Positions 26,801 to 36,790 of a DNA stretch of 45,763 nt are shown here, one piece after another. Position numbers and translations under genes: made by a program. Positions within the stretch are counted from its first letter, which is position 1; each line of letters opens with the position of its first letter. The DNA comes from a candidate division WOR-3 bacterium (GTDB lineage: Bacteria > Hydrothermota > Tepidihabitantia > SM23-42 > CAYGYG01), in assembly GCA_965648915.1 (NCBI GenBank), contig CBFGIV010000015.1, positions 1-45,763 on the forward strand, given 5' to 3'. Below the pieces are notes generated by a model, which searched no databases, was not told where the DNA came from, and worked only from the letters and a program-made list of their open reading frames with translations.

Positions 26801-28189
26801 ATGCCTACAAGAAAAAGCCGAAGAAGCGCAAACAACAATGTCAATCATCAATTCAACGGGCGTTTCATAAATCGTTTTGTTGATAAAAATGGAGAAGTGC
26901 ATTTTTACGAAGAAATCAAGCGTTTCTTCATATACTTTATTTTTGATTTCATAACCAACGCGATAGTTCTATTAATCCTGACTGTTTTGTTCCTTTCTGG
27001 GCATCAAACTTTCATAACCTTCTTCCTGATTCTTTTTTTAATTACTTTTTTCACATATCTTTTCGGCGGTTACGAAAACTTCTTCAATCCTACATATGGT
27101 TTTACCTGGGAGACGCAATTTACATTCTTCTGGACCCTGTTGATTTCTCTTCTTCTAGTCCACATTCTGCCCATTAGTATACCGGGCGCAAAATTCTGGG
27201 GCCTGCTCTGGGTATACTTAAATCTGATAGCACCTTATCTCTCACTGGTTATCAAGAGACTCTATCCATTTCGAACCGTATTCGTAAATCATGAATTTCT
27301 TCCACAATATCAGCGTCGCCTCGAATTCTGGGGCTTCAAGATTAAAGAGGTGGTGGAACACGACCATTTGATTGAATGGCTCTGTAAAAAAAGTAATCCA
27401 AACAAATTTATTAAAGACTACGATCTAATCTTGATTCAGGCAACAAAACTTGATGGAATCACTCGTACTCTGGCAGATGAATTCTTTATAAGATTTGCGT
27501 TATTGAAATCACTCCACCGTCTGGCATTTATTGGAAACAATCATATCTACCCGGTAATAACCCATCCGCTGGTTGGCATCAATCGCCGATTAAAGAGAAT
27601 AGTCGACTTCCTGATAGTCCTTGTCTTTTTTGTCTTTTTCTGGCCGATATTTCTTCTCCTGGCGATTTTAATAAAGATCGATAGTCCTGGCCCGGTCTTT
27701 TACAAGCACCGCCGCATCGGTAAAGGGATGAAATATTTCTCCGCCTATAAATTTCGTACAATGTACCGTGATGCCGATAAGAGACTCACACAATTACTCG
27801 GCAGTGATGAAAATCTGAGAAAAGAATTTGAAGCAACCTACAAGTTAAAGAATGACCCCCGGGTAACAAAGATTGGCAAAATTCTGCGTAAATATAGTCT
27901 TGATGAACTTCCTCAATTGATAAATGTCCTGAAGGGGGAGATGACTTTGGTCGGTTATCGCCCGATCGTAACCGAAGAGATCAACTACTACCGTAAAAAT
28001 TCAATGATTGTTTTCCATGTTGTTCCGGGCGCAACGGGTAAATGGCAGATATCGGGTCGTAGTGATATGCCCTATGACGAGCGTGTCCGGATCGATGTTG
28101 ATTATATTCATAACTGGTCTTTCCTTGAGGACTTAAAGATCCTGCTTAAAACACCCAAAGCCCTAATATCGAAAAAAGGTGCCTACTGA
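26801..28189 (+). CDS. Undecaprenyl-phosphate sugar phosphotransferase (WbaP/WcaJ-type priming transferase)
   Basis: N-terminal TMs; KRIVDF, DSPGPVFY, YKFRTM, DPRVT, SLDELPQL.NVLKG.M, C-terminal GAY. Confidence 0.93.
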   Translation: MPTRKSRRSANNNVNHQFNGRFINRFVDKNGEVHFYEEIKRFFIYFIFDFITNAIVLLILTVLFLSGHQTFITFFLILFLITFFTYLFGGYENFFNPTYGFTWETQFTFFWTLLISLLLVHILPISIPGAKFWGLLWVYLNLIAPYLSLVIKRLYPFRTVFVNHEFLPQYQRRLEFWGFKIKEVVEHDHLIEWLCKKSNPNKFIKDYDLILIQATKLDGITRTLADEFFIRFALLKSLHRLAFIGNNHIYPVITHPLVGINRRLKRIVDFLIVLVFFVFFWPIFLLLAILIKIDSPGPVFYKHRRIGKGMKYFSAYKFRTMYRDADKRLTQLLGSDENLRKEFEATYKLKNDPRVTKIGKILRKYSLDELPQLINVLKGEMTLVGYRPIVTEEINYYRKNSMIVFHVVPGATGKWQISGRSDMPYDERVRIDVDYIHNWSFLEDLKILLKTPKALISKKGAY

Positions 28190-28246
28190 TACGTTAATTT
28201 CTGAGGCTGGGGGTACATTTGGATTCGGCAAGAAGGTTTGACCAGA

Positions 28247-29485
28247 TTAGGTCTTCCGCTCTTTCTTCTCTGCTGCCGGGAAGAGGATATTATTTAATAT
28301 CAGCCTGTAACCCGGTGAATTTTTATAGAATTCAAGATTGGTTGGAGGATCATAGACAAAATGCTGGAAATCTTCCGGATCATGGCCGCCCAGATAAGTA
28401 TAAGTCCCTTTGCCATATTTTCCGTGAATATACTTGGCCTCATCGGTGTTATGCACCTCGCCCAGCACTAAAACCGACTTCTTCAATCGCTCTTTATAAA
28501 AACCAACACACTGCCCTAAAAATTCCTTTACCAGCGATGTATGATTTTGCACGAGCATTGTTGGAACCGGATCAAACTTTGCCGAAAAATCGAATAGAGA
28601 AAAATAAGTATCCGGTCCGCGAACGATGGCATCATTATAGACATCAATGTCTGAGTGTTCGTAGATATAAGGATCGGCTATAACCTTAAAGTTTTCAAAG
28701 GCCAGACAGTTATCGAAGTTTAACCTTGTATTATAACCAGATTCGACCGGATCCCGATCATATACTGCCTCGCATATATCCACTCCCTCAGCCGCCAGAC
28801 TGATCTCATAGGTATCACAGGCCGAACACATTGCAAATATAAACCCCCCGTTTTCGATATACCTTTTGATCTCCTTGGCTACAGCCAATTTTAATTGGGA
28901 AACTTTCTTAAATCCCAATCTTCGAGCCATTGCCTCGTTAATTCGAATTTCTTCCTTATACCAATCTGCATTCTGATATTGAGCCCAGAATTTACCATAC
29001 TGACCGGTGAAGTCCTCATGATGGAGATGGAGCCAATCATAGTTTACCAATTTACCTTTCAGGACCTCAGCATCCCAAAGGCGATCATAATCTATCCCTG
29101 CATATTCAAGGGCTAATGTAACTGCGTCATCCCAGGGTTCAGCATTGGGTGGTATATAAACAGCGATCTTAGGCGCTTTCTCGAGAAGGATCGCCTCCAT
29201 ATTGCTCTCCTGAATAGTCTTGTAAACATCAAGCACTCTATTCCCTTCAACGATCTCAAAAATCACTCCTTTAAGCCGGCAATCCTTAATTATCCTTTCA
29301 TCATCATCAATCATAAATGACCCACCCCGATAATTCAAAAGCCATTCCACTTTGATCTTTTTCTTTAAAGCACTGTAAGCCACGCCATAGGCCTTGAGGT
29401 GGTCACTCTGGGTTAGGTCCATCGGGATCAAAATTTTATTAAATACTAAGAGAGGAAATAAAGCTGCCGCTAAAAATCTAACCAT
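28247..29485 (-). CDS. Conserved exported protein with class-I glutamine amidotransferase-like Cys motif (family I recall as often labelled 'asparagine synthetase B')
   Basis: Signal peptide then ILIPMD..Q..HLKAYG, WLLNYRGGSF, DWLHLHHEDFTGQYGKF, GGFIFAMCSA, GGHDPED, GYRLILNN; likely start ATG 29485. Confidence 0.75.
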   Translation of the reverse strand: MVRFLAAALFPLLVFNKILIPMDLTQSDHLKAYGVAYSALKKKIKVEWLLNYRGGSFMIDDDERIIKDCRLKGVIFEIVEGNRVLDVYKTIQESNMEAILLEKAPKIAVYIPPNAEPWDDAVTLALEYAGIDYDRLWDAEVLKGKLVNYDWLHLHHEDFTGQYGKFWAQYQNADWYKEEIRINEAMARRLGFKKVSQLKLAVAKEIKRYIENGGFIFAMCSACDTYEISLAAEGVDICEAVYDRDPVESGYNTRLNFDNCLAFENFKVIADPYIYEHSDIDVYNDAIVRGPDTYFSLFDFSAKFDPVPTMLVQNHTSLVKEFLGQCVGFYKERLKKSVLVLGEVHNTDEAKYIHGKYGKGTYTYLGGHDPEDFQHFVYDPPTNLEFYKNSPGYRLILNNILFPAAEKKERKT

Positions 29486-30027
29486 CGCCGCTTTCTTGCC
29501 CAATAACCGATCTGATGTGCAAGAAGCAATTTGACCAGATCAACATAAAGAAATGGGACAACCCCCATTAACAGTATCCTGTTGATCCGCGCACCGGTAT
29601 AAAGCCATAACTGAAAGGAACCTATGATATAGATTATTGCAAGTCCGAAGAAGAGAATCAGCAATCCTTTAAAAAAATTCCTGATTGAGTAGAATTGGCC
29701 AATAAAAATTGCAGCAATGATAAAACCAATAAGATAACCACCGGTTGGACCAAAAATTCGACTTATACCACCAAAGCCCTGAGCAAAGACCGGTAAACCA
29801 ATTGCACCCAGTCCTACATAGAGAATCTGACTCAATCCTCCATAATACCTGAGAATAATACCACTTAGAAATACAAAAAATGTCTGGAGGGTTATCGGTA
29901 CAGGAGTCCAGGGTAAGGGAATGTAGATGTAGGCGCTGAAGACCATCGCCAGACCAAAGGATAGTGTCATAAAAATAAGCGACTGTCTCCTTGGTATTAC
30001 TAATGTCCATCTTAATATCCGCTCCAT
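29470..30027 (-). CDS. bioY: Biotin transporter BioY
   Basis: PVPITLQ, GAIGLPVF, GPTGGYLIGF; SD AGGAG. Confidence 0.95.
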   Translation of the reverse strand: MERILRWTLVIPRRQSLIFMTLSFGLAMVFSAYIYIPLPWTPVPITLQTFFVFLSGIILRYYGGLSQILYVGLGAIGLPVFAQGFGGISRIFGPTGGYLIGFIIAAIFIGQFYSIRNFFKGLLILFFGLAIIYIIGSFQLWLYTGARINRILLMGVVPFLYVDLVKLLLAHQIGYWARKRRWLDF

Positions 30028-30035
30028 ATTAACTC

Positions 30036-30494
30036 CTATTCATTGCTCTTGATTATTTTCATAATCTCATCCGGATCTTTGGCGTTGCGAAGCATCGTCC
30101 TGACTTCTTCTTTCCTGACCAGTCGTGAAATCTTGGCCAGGGTCTTGATATATTCAGACTTTTTATCCTCAGGGGATACAATCATAAATATGAGGTGAGA
30201 AGGACGCCCATCGATTGAAGAGAAATCAACACCCTGATCAGAACGACCAAAAGCGAGCACGAGATTTTTTACCGCGTTGGTGCGGGCATGCGGGATGGCA
30301 ATGCCGTTACCGATCCCGGTACTCTCAAGATTTTCTCTCTTGGCAATTGCAGCGAGAAACTCATCCTTATTAACGATAAGATTATTATTAACCAGATGCT
30401 CGGCCAGTTCCTGGATAACCGTCATCTTTTCTCTTGCTTTCAACTCTAATATTACGGCTTCTTTATTAAGTAATTCAGAGATTTTTAAATCCAT
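30036..30494 (-). CDS. PTS IIA domain protein (PtsN/fructose-type)
   Basis: RE..STGIGNGIAIPHAR phospho-His motif; SD AAGGAGG. Confidence 0.92.
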   Translation of the reverse strand: MDLKISELLNKEAVILELKAREKMTVIQELAEHLVNNNLIVNKDEFLAAIAKRENLESTGIGNGIAIPHARTNAVKNLVLAFGRSDQGVDFSSIDGRPSHLIFMIVSPEDKKSEYIKTLAKISRLVRKEEVRTMLRNAKDPDEIMKIIKSNE

Positions 30495-30520
30495 TCCAGC
30501 ACCTCCTTAATAATCCAACG

Positions 30521-30913
30521 CTATGCAATAAATACTGGAACCGGTGAAGCGACTGCAAATTTTTTTGCAGTTTCACCGCTATTTAAGATAAGCAACTGAA
30601 TGCCATAATCCTTAATGAATTCTACCACTGTTTCAAAAATAAGGCCGTCAACATAATGGAGAGAAGTCTTTACCTCTTTTTCGAATGCCTGGTCCTCAAC
30701 CATATAGAGATTCTGCCAACCGTTCTCTTCGAGCTCCTTCGAGATTAAATTTAAGTCTCGTTTGGTCAAAGTAGCAAGTTTCTTTTTACGAGACGGTTCG
30801 ATGATATATAAAACATAGAGACGGGCCTTAAACAGCTGAGCCAGCTTGATTGACCAGTTTATGGCTGAATCTGAGTGGGTATCGGTTAATAGCAACAGAA
30901 TCTTGCTAAACAT
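30521..30913 (-). CDS. Universal stress protein family
   Basis: MFSKILL..D, LYVLYII, C-terminal SPVPVF; overlaps the hslU stop by 1 nt. Confidence 0.8.
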   Translation of the reverse strand: MFSKILLLLTDTHSDSAINWSIKLAQLFKARLYVLYIIEPSRKKKLATLTKRDLNLISKELEENGWQNLYMVEDQAFEKEVKTSLHYVDGLIFETVVEFIKDYGIQLLILNSGETAKKFAVASPVPVFIA

Positions 30914-32319
30914 TATAGAATATAACGACTGACATCGATATTTTCTATCACATTCTTCAATTTCTTTTTAACATATCGGGCATCGATCTCAACCCTGGTT
31001 ATCTTGGGATCAGGAATCGAGAAGAGGATGTCTTCCAGCAGGGCATTCATTATTGTATGGAGCCGGCGGGCACCGATGTTTTCGGTCTCGCGATTAACCC
31101 GATCCGCCATTTGAGCAATTTCATCTATGGCATCCTCGGTAAAACTGATTTTGACACCATCGGTCTGGAAAAGGGCAATATATTGTTTGATCAGGGCGTT
31201 CTCCGGTTCGGTTAAGATTCTCTTAAAATCATCTTTGGTTAGAGGATCGAGTTCAACCCGAATCGGAAACCGTCCCTGTAGTTCGGGAATGAGATCTGAA
31301 GGTTTTTTATTGTGAAAGGCCCCGGCCGCAATAAAGAGAATATGATTGGTCTTGACCATGCCATACTTGGTCATCACATTTGAACCCTCAACGATGGGTA
31401 GAAGATCTCTCTGTACCCCCTCACGTGAAACATCCGGGCCTGAAGTTGAATTACTACCGACAATCTTATCAATCTCATCGATAAATATGATGCCGGAATT
31501 CTCGGCCCGACTGATTGCCTCACTGATCACCTCATCCATATCGATCAACTTCTGTGCCTCTTCGCTCAACAGGATACGCATCGCTTCCTTGACCGTTACT
31601 TTACGCTTTTTTGTCTTCCTCGGCATTCCGCCTCCAAAAACTTCATCGATTGCCAGATTGAGTTCCTCAATGCCACTCTGGGTAAAGACTTCAACCAGCG
31701 GAAATACCTGTTTGGTTACCTCGATATCGATAATCCGGTTATCAAGTTTTCCTGTCCTTAAGAGATTTCTCAGTTTCTCTCTTGTTTCGTTAACATTCTC
31801 CTCCTCTGATATGCGTGGCGTGTAGGGCAGGAGAATATCGAGGATTCTTTCTTCGACCAGGGTTGCGGCCTGAGATTGAACCTTCTCGGTCTTTTCCATC
31901 TTGACCATATTTACCGCAATACCGACGATATCTCGAACCATTGATTCAACATCTCTGCCTACATAGCCGACCTCAGTAAATTTTGACGCTTCAACTTTGA
32001 TAAACGGGGCATTGGTTAAACGAGCCAGCCTTCGCGCAATTTCCGTCTTACCGACTCCGGTTGGACCAATAAGGATAATATTATTAGGGTATATTTCATC
32101 CTTCAGAGGTCCTTCCACCCTCTGCCGGCGCCAGCGGTTCCTTAACGCAATAGCCACTGCCCGTTTGGCTTTGTTCTGTCCGATGATATAGCGATCAAGT
32201 TCTTTAACAATCTCCCTGGGCGTAAGCCGGTCTTGGTATTCCTTCTCTTGCTTCATGTCTTCAAGGGTTAAACCCTCCGGCGCTGTCTCCTTCTTTTCAG
32301 GGATAGATTTTTGAACCAT
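30913..32319 (-). CDS. hslU: ATP-dependent protease ATPase subunit HslU (ClpY)
   Basis: [35 protein letters not shown]-terminal SRYIL; start ATG 32319. Confidence 0.97.
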   Translation of the reverse strand: MVQKSIPEKKETAPEGLTLEDMKQEKEYQDRLTPREIVKELDRYIIGQNKAKRAVAIALRNRWRRQRVEGPLKDEIYPNNIILIGPTGVGKTEIARRLARLTNAPFIKVEASKFTEVGYVGRDVESMVRDIVGIAVNMVKMEKTEKVQSQAATLVEERILDILLPYTPRISEEENVNETREKLRNLLRTGKLDNRIIDIEVTKQVFPLVEVFTQSGIEELNLAIDEVFGGGMPRKTKKRKVTVKEAMRILLSEEAQKLIDMDEVISEAISRAENSGIIFIDEIDKIVGSNSTSGPDVSREGVQRDLLPIVEGSNVMTKYGMVKTNHILFIAAGAFHNKKPSDLIPELQGRFPIRVELDPLTKDDFKRILTEPENALIKQYIALFQTDGVKISFTEDAIDEIAQMADRVNRETENIGARRLHTIMNALLEDILFSIPDPKITRVEIDARYVKKKLKNVIENIDVSRYIL

Positions 32320-32324
32320 ACTCA

Positions 32325-32353
32325 ATTATAATAAAGATATCTTATTCTGTCAA
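32325..32353 (-). promoter_or_regulatory. Perfect-consensus sigma70 promoter for hslU, leaderless
   Basis: TTGACA-N17-TATAAT, 5 nt before ATG 32319. Confidence 0.8.
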
Positions 32354-32383
32354 CAAAATTCAAGATGGTTCTATTGTTTTCGA

Positions 32384-33790
32384 TTATTCAATCTTGTCAA
32401 GGATAATCAGTTTGATTTCAGTCATCTCCTCGATTGCAAATTTAGGCCCTTCCCGGCCCAAGCCACTTGATTTCAATCCCCCATAAGGCATATTATCAAT
32501 TCGAAAAGTCGGTATCTCATTGACCAGGACACCACCCGCTTCAATCTCCTCGATACATTTAAGAATTTTGTTTATATCTTTAGTAAAAACTGCCGCCTGG
32601 AGCCCGTATTTTGTCTTATTTACCTTTTCAATACCGTCTTCAATTCTATTAAACTTATTAACGACAACCAGAGGTGCAAAAGCCTCCTCCTGGATAACTT
32701 TACAATCTTCGGGAACGTCAAAAAGGATTGTTGGTTCTAAGAAAGAGCCTTCGGTCTTACCACCGAGCAAGAGTTTACCACCGGCCTGGACTGCTTCATC
32801 AATCCATTCTTTAATTTTTTCAGCCGCTGTCGGTGAGATCATAGGGCCCATCTCGGTATCCTCCCTTAAGGGATCACCTACTCTTATTGCTTTCACCTCT
32901 TCATATAAAATCTGGAGGAATTTTTCAAAGATATCCTCCTGCACATAAACCCTCTGGATTGAGATACATACCTGTCCGGCAAGGGTATAACCACCGACCC
33001 TTATCTTTTTTGCCACTGCTTCTAAGTTTTGGTCGGGGAAGATCATTACCGCTGAATTTGAACCGAGTTCCATTGTCAGTTTTTTCATTCCGGCAATCGA
33101 GGCAATTCTTTCGCCAATCTCCAGAGAACCGGTAAAAGAGATTTTTCTTATTGATGGGTGCCTGACCAGGGAATCACCAATTTCTCCTCCCGGTGCAGTA
33201 ATGACTGATATGGCTTCAACCGGTAAGCCGGCATCGACTAAAATCTCAGCCAGCCTAATTCCCGAAATCGGTGTTTTGGTTGCAGGTTTGTGAATCACCG
33301 CATTGCCTGCGGCCAGTGCCGGCCCGATTTTGTGGGCCGAAAGATTGAGGGGAAAATTGAAGGGTGTAATTGCCAGGACAATACCAACAGGTATTCTTTG
33401 ATAAAATCCAATCTTGCTACTCTTGGCGATCAGATCAAATCTAACTGTCTGGCCACACAATTCTCGAGCCGCATCCGCCGATAATTTTAAGGTCAGAGAA
33501 CAACGTGCTACCTCAGCCCTGGCCTCGCGGATTGTCTTACCAACCTCAAGCGCGATCGTCCGGGCCAGGTCCTCATTGCCGGAAATTTTCTGGGCGGCAG
33601 TTTCAAGAATTTTTGCTCGTTCTCCAGCCGGTAAATCGCGCATTATTCTTGCTGCTTTGACCGCGTTAGCGATCACAAGGTTAATATCATCACTATCGGC
33701 CCGGGCAACCTGATCAATAACCTGCCCATTGTAGGGATTGACGACATCGATCATTACATCCTTTTTTATCCGTCTACCGTTAATAAACAT
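32384..33790 (-). CDS. NAD(P)-dependent aldehyde dehydrogenase (lactaldehyde dehydrogenase/GapN-like)
   Basis: ITPFNFP, FTGS, MELGSN, GQVCIS, EEAFAP, PYGG.K.SG.GREG; SD GAGGTG before ATG 33790. Confidence 0.93.
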   Translation of the reverse strand: MFINGRRIKKDVMIDVVNPYNGQVIDQVARADSDDINLVIANAVKAARIMRDLPAGERAKILETAAQKISGNEDLARTIALEVGKTIREARAEVARCSLTLKLSADAARELCGQTVRFDLIAKSSKIGFYQRIPVGIVLAITPFNFPLNLSAHKIGPALAAGNAVIHKPATKTPISGIRLAEILVDAGLPVEAISVITAPGGEIGDSLVRHPSIRKISFTGSLEIGERIASIAGMKKLTMELGSNSAVMIFPDQNLEAVAKKIRVGGYTLAGQVCISIQRVYVQEDIFEKFLQILYEEVKAIRVGDPLREDTEMGPMISPTAAEKIKEWIDEAVQAGGKLLLGGKTEGSFLEPTILFDVPEDCKVIQEEAFAPLVVVNKFNRIEDGIEKVNKTKYGLQAAVFTKDINKILKCIEEIEAGGVLVNEIPTFRIDNMPYGGLKSSGLGREGPKFAIEEMTEIKLIILDKIE

Positions 33791-34014
33791 AATCACCTCT
33801 CAGTTTGATGGACCGGTTGACCCCGGTCGATAAGTCTGCGGATCTCTTTTTTCCAGGGTCTGCATATTGATACAATACAGGTGAGAATGGTAATAATGTC
33901 ACACATATAAATTAGACCATCAGACTAACAGAGATCAGGTTGAAGAAATTTTTTGACAGGCTGTTATCACTCTGTCTATCTGTATCTGCTTTATTCGATT
34001 GGAAGCAAAAATTT

Positions 34015-34497
34015 TCACAACTTATACCCGATCTTGCGCAGGAATTCACGACGCCTCTTCAAGTCCTCGGGCGACTCAACCCCCTTGGGTTTGAAACCAT
34101 CAATCACTCCGATAATTCCTCGGCCCTGTTCGCTTTCAGCCAGGACAACTTCAATCGGATTGGCCGTGGCACAGAAGATCGAACAGACTTCAGGGCAGTC
34201 CTTGAGCCGGCCGAAAATATTAATTGGATAGGCGTCTTTTAATACGATAACAAATGTATGGCCGGCGCCAATCTGCAGGGCGTAATCAGCGCTCAATCTT
34301 TTGAGTTCTTCACTATTACCCTCGATCCGGACCAGGCACGGGCCCGATGCTTCACAAAAGGCGATGCCAAATTTTGCACCGGGAACAGTATTGATAATTG
34401 CTTCATAGAGATCTTCTGCGGTTTTAATAAAGTGGGTCTGCCCGATGATAATATTTAACCCTTCAGGAAGAGTAATTTTAACCGATTTCAATTCCAT
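34015..34497 (-). CDS. Adenosine-specific kinase-like protein (DUF355 family)
   Basis: GQTHFIKT.EDL, FGIAFCEASG, GAGH.F, CATANP, GRGI.GVIDG. Confidence 0.88.
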   Translation of the reverse strand: MELKSVKITLPEGLNIIIGQTHFIKTAEDLYEAIINTVPGAKFGIAFCEASGPCLVRIEGNSEELKRLSADYALQIGAGHTFVIVLKDAYPINIFGRLKDCPEVCSIFCATANPIEVVLAESEQGRGIIGVIDGFKPKGVESPEDLKRRREFLRKIGYKL

Positions 34498-34503
34498 AAC
34501 TTA

Positions 34504-34531
34504 ATATTATTTTAATTTCATCCAAAGTCAA
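34504..34531 (-). promoter_or_regulatory. sigma70-type promoter, leaderless
   Basis: TTGACT-N16-TAATAT, 6 nt before ATG 34497. Confidence 0.65.
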
Positions 34532-34578
34532 GTCGCAAATTATCGTAATTACAAAAACCTTTGACTCTTGGAGTTAGC

Positions 34579-35625
34579 TTACTTATCTTTCTTTATCAAG
34601 GCATAACCTACACTTCCCAGACCGATAGTGGCTGCGACATACAATATTACAACACCCAGAATCCATATCAGGGCACCGAAAAAGCCGAGTCTTTTCAGAA
34701 ATATACCCAGTATCAAAATAATCACCATCGCCAGCCAGCCAATCGTAAGTATTCCAATCTTATTCTTAATCGGCCAGTTAAAGCCGAGACAGACCCTTTC
34801 TCCTAAGACAGATGAAAATGCAGAGATACCAAATATGATGGCAATAGAGATTGCGAGGATAAATGCGGGTATTATGGGGATGCCGATGATTGAGATAACA
34901 AACAGGATGATCAGGGGCACAAACATAACTTCGATACCGATGCCAATGGCGATGTCAATCCAGATATTATGTTTTATTTTATTGCCAATAGTTTCAATTG
35001 CATCAGGAAAGATCAGCAAAACCAAAAGGCTCAATATATACATTACCAGAATAAAGGCGAAAGTGGCAAATCGAGACAATATGCCTCTCAATGGAGTATG
35101 ATTCTTGCGCCACTTAAATAATGGTCCAATCCGGGGCATAATCCGGTTGAGTTTACCGATATCAAGAGCCGTGATCTCTCCTTCAACAATCGCATAATCG
35201 GAACGATTCACGCTTCCACCAACAGTTGCGATATCGCCCTCAACGACTGAACCGGAATCGAGTTCTACTGAACCACCGGCTACCGCAATATCACCTGCGA
35301 TCCTTCCTCTATTTTTTATCGAACCTCCGGCAAATGCCGCATCACCGGTTATCACTCCATAATTTTCAATCTCACCACCGAATACTAAAACATCACCATC
35401 AATTTTGCCATTTATGGTAACCGATCCACCCATAACAGCAAGGTCGCCATCTATTACGCCATCGATCCGGGCATTGCCACTGACCGAAACATCTTCCCTT
35501 AATGTGTCACCGGTTTTTAAATAAAAATCACCTGCCTGTGAACGAGAAGCGAAGCCGGTCTTATAATCAGGAGAACCTGTGGCAAGAATAGGAAACAGGG
35601 ATAAAATTATTATCAATTTATTCAT
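34579..35625 (-). CDS. Bactofilin-like (polymer-forming cytoskeletal) beta-helix repeat membrane protein
   Basis: Signal peptide; repeated I.GD...GG units; C-terminal multi-TM domain with SIIGIP; ATG 35625 overlaps the upstream stop (ATGA). Confidence 0.82.
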   Translation of the reverse strand: MNKLIIILSLFPILATGSPDYKTGFASRSQAGDFYLKTGDTLREDVSVSGNARIDGVIDGDLAVMGGSVTINGKIDGDVLVFGGEIENYGVITGDAAFAGGSIKNRGRIAGDIAVAGGSVELDSGSVVEGDIATVGGSVNRSDYAIVEGEITALDIGKLNRIMPRIGPLFKWRKNHTPLRGILSRFATFAFILVMYILSLLVLLIFPDAIETIGNKIKHNIWIDIAIGIGIEVMFVPLIILFVISIIGIPIIPAFILAISIAIIFGISAFSSVLGERVCLGFNWPIKNKIGILTIGWLAMVIILILGIFLKRLGFFGALIWILGVVILYVAATIGLGSVGYALIKKDK

Positions 35626-36767
35626 TTTTCCGGTCCATAAGTTTTTGTCTCTTTCCATAACTTATATAACAAAAGGACTATCATACCAGTACCAAAGAAG
35701 AAGACCACGAGACGGATAAAAAATCCCAGATAGGGAATCAGACAAACCAGGGTAATAACCACAAATCCAAGAAGGAAGGCAAGATATGGTGAAACCGAAA
35801 TGTCTTTTTTGATCAATTCAATCACCCAGTTACCAAAACCGGTGGAGAAGATAATGCTGGCAACATAGGCTAAAGTAAGAAAGAGAAATGTGCCAAAGAT
35901 AGCAATCGGGAGGCCGATGATTGTAATAAGGGTAATCACTGTAACGACCGGAATTATAATAATGGTAAGAAATCCAATCCCAAGACTTCTCCAGGTAGAA
36001 TCCTTAAGGATTTCAGTGGTTCGTTTGATATAGGGCTTAAATAGTGCAATAAGGATCAGACCAATGATAATCTTACTGATAAAGAAGATGGTCTTAAAGA
36101 TCCTGATAATACCTTTTGCTCTTTTGGACCGCTGGGCCTTCACGGCGATCTTTTTAAATTCAGTCTTACCTAAGATTCTTGCCTGAGGGTCAATCACCGG
36201 TGCTTCCTGACTTCTGATAATAAGATCTTCCATTACTAAAGCATCAGACGCAATATTGACTTTCTTTGCACCAATATTAACATTACCAGCCTTTCCCTTA
36301 AGAATGAACTCCCCCATATTTCCTCTAACCTTACCATCAATCTCACCATTCAGCAGAACCTTACCGCCAAAGGCGAAGAGATCTTTTCTAACCAGATGAG
36401 TGCTGTCGGTCTTTAATTCCCCACCGAAAAAGCCGAGATTATTCTGGATATTGCCCGCGCAGGTCAGTGAACCACAGAATGCCCATAAGCTTCGACAATC
36501 TTTTGTGCTGATTGATATTTCGGAACCGCCCGTGTAGATTGAACCATCGATTATATTCTTGATCTGCACCTCCTGACCGAAAGCGAACACATCGCCATTG
36601 ATCTTTCCCTCTATCTTTATCGTCCGGGCCATTGCAACGATGTCGTCATCGATGATCTCATCCGCACCGATAACAACCTCATTACCAGTCTTAATTACCA
36701 GACTGCTTGCGGGAACAATCCAGAAAGCAGTTATCAAGAATACGGGTAAGATTGCAAACCTTGTCAT
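35622..36767 (-). CDS. Bactofilin-like beta-helix repeat membrane protein (paralog of the adjacent gene)
   Basis: Signal peptide; G.I.GD..AFG repeats; TM domain with TIIGLP, IPYLG; SD AGGAGG. Confidence 0.82.
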   Translation of the reverse strand: MTRFAILPVFLITAFWIVPASSLVIKTGNEVVIGADEIIDDDIVAMARTIKIEGKINGDVFAFGQEVQIKNIIDGSIYTGGSEISISTKDCRSLWAFCGSLTCAGNIQNNLGFFGGELKTDSTHLVRKDLFAFGGKVLLNGEIDGKVRGNMGEFILKGKAGNVNIGAKKVNIASDALVMEDLIIRSQEAPVIDPQARILGKTEFKKIAVKAQRSKRAKGIIRIFKTIFFISKIIIGLILIALFKPYIKRTTEILKDSTWRSLGIGFLTIIIIPVVTVITLITIIGLPIAIFGTFLFLTLAYVASIIFSTGFGNWVIELIKKDISVSPYLAFLLGFVVITLVCLIPYLGFFIRLVVFFFGTGMIVLLLYKLWKETKTYGPEK

Positions 36768-36790
36768 TTTACCTCCTTTTTCTAATTTTA

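Noticed and set aside
28219..28683. 154-aa plus-strand ORF and other antisense ORFs (e.g. 31346-31825, 32520-32948, 34628-35101)
   Set aside because: Antisense shadows of well-supported genes, with no motifs or expression signals
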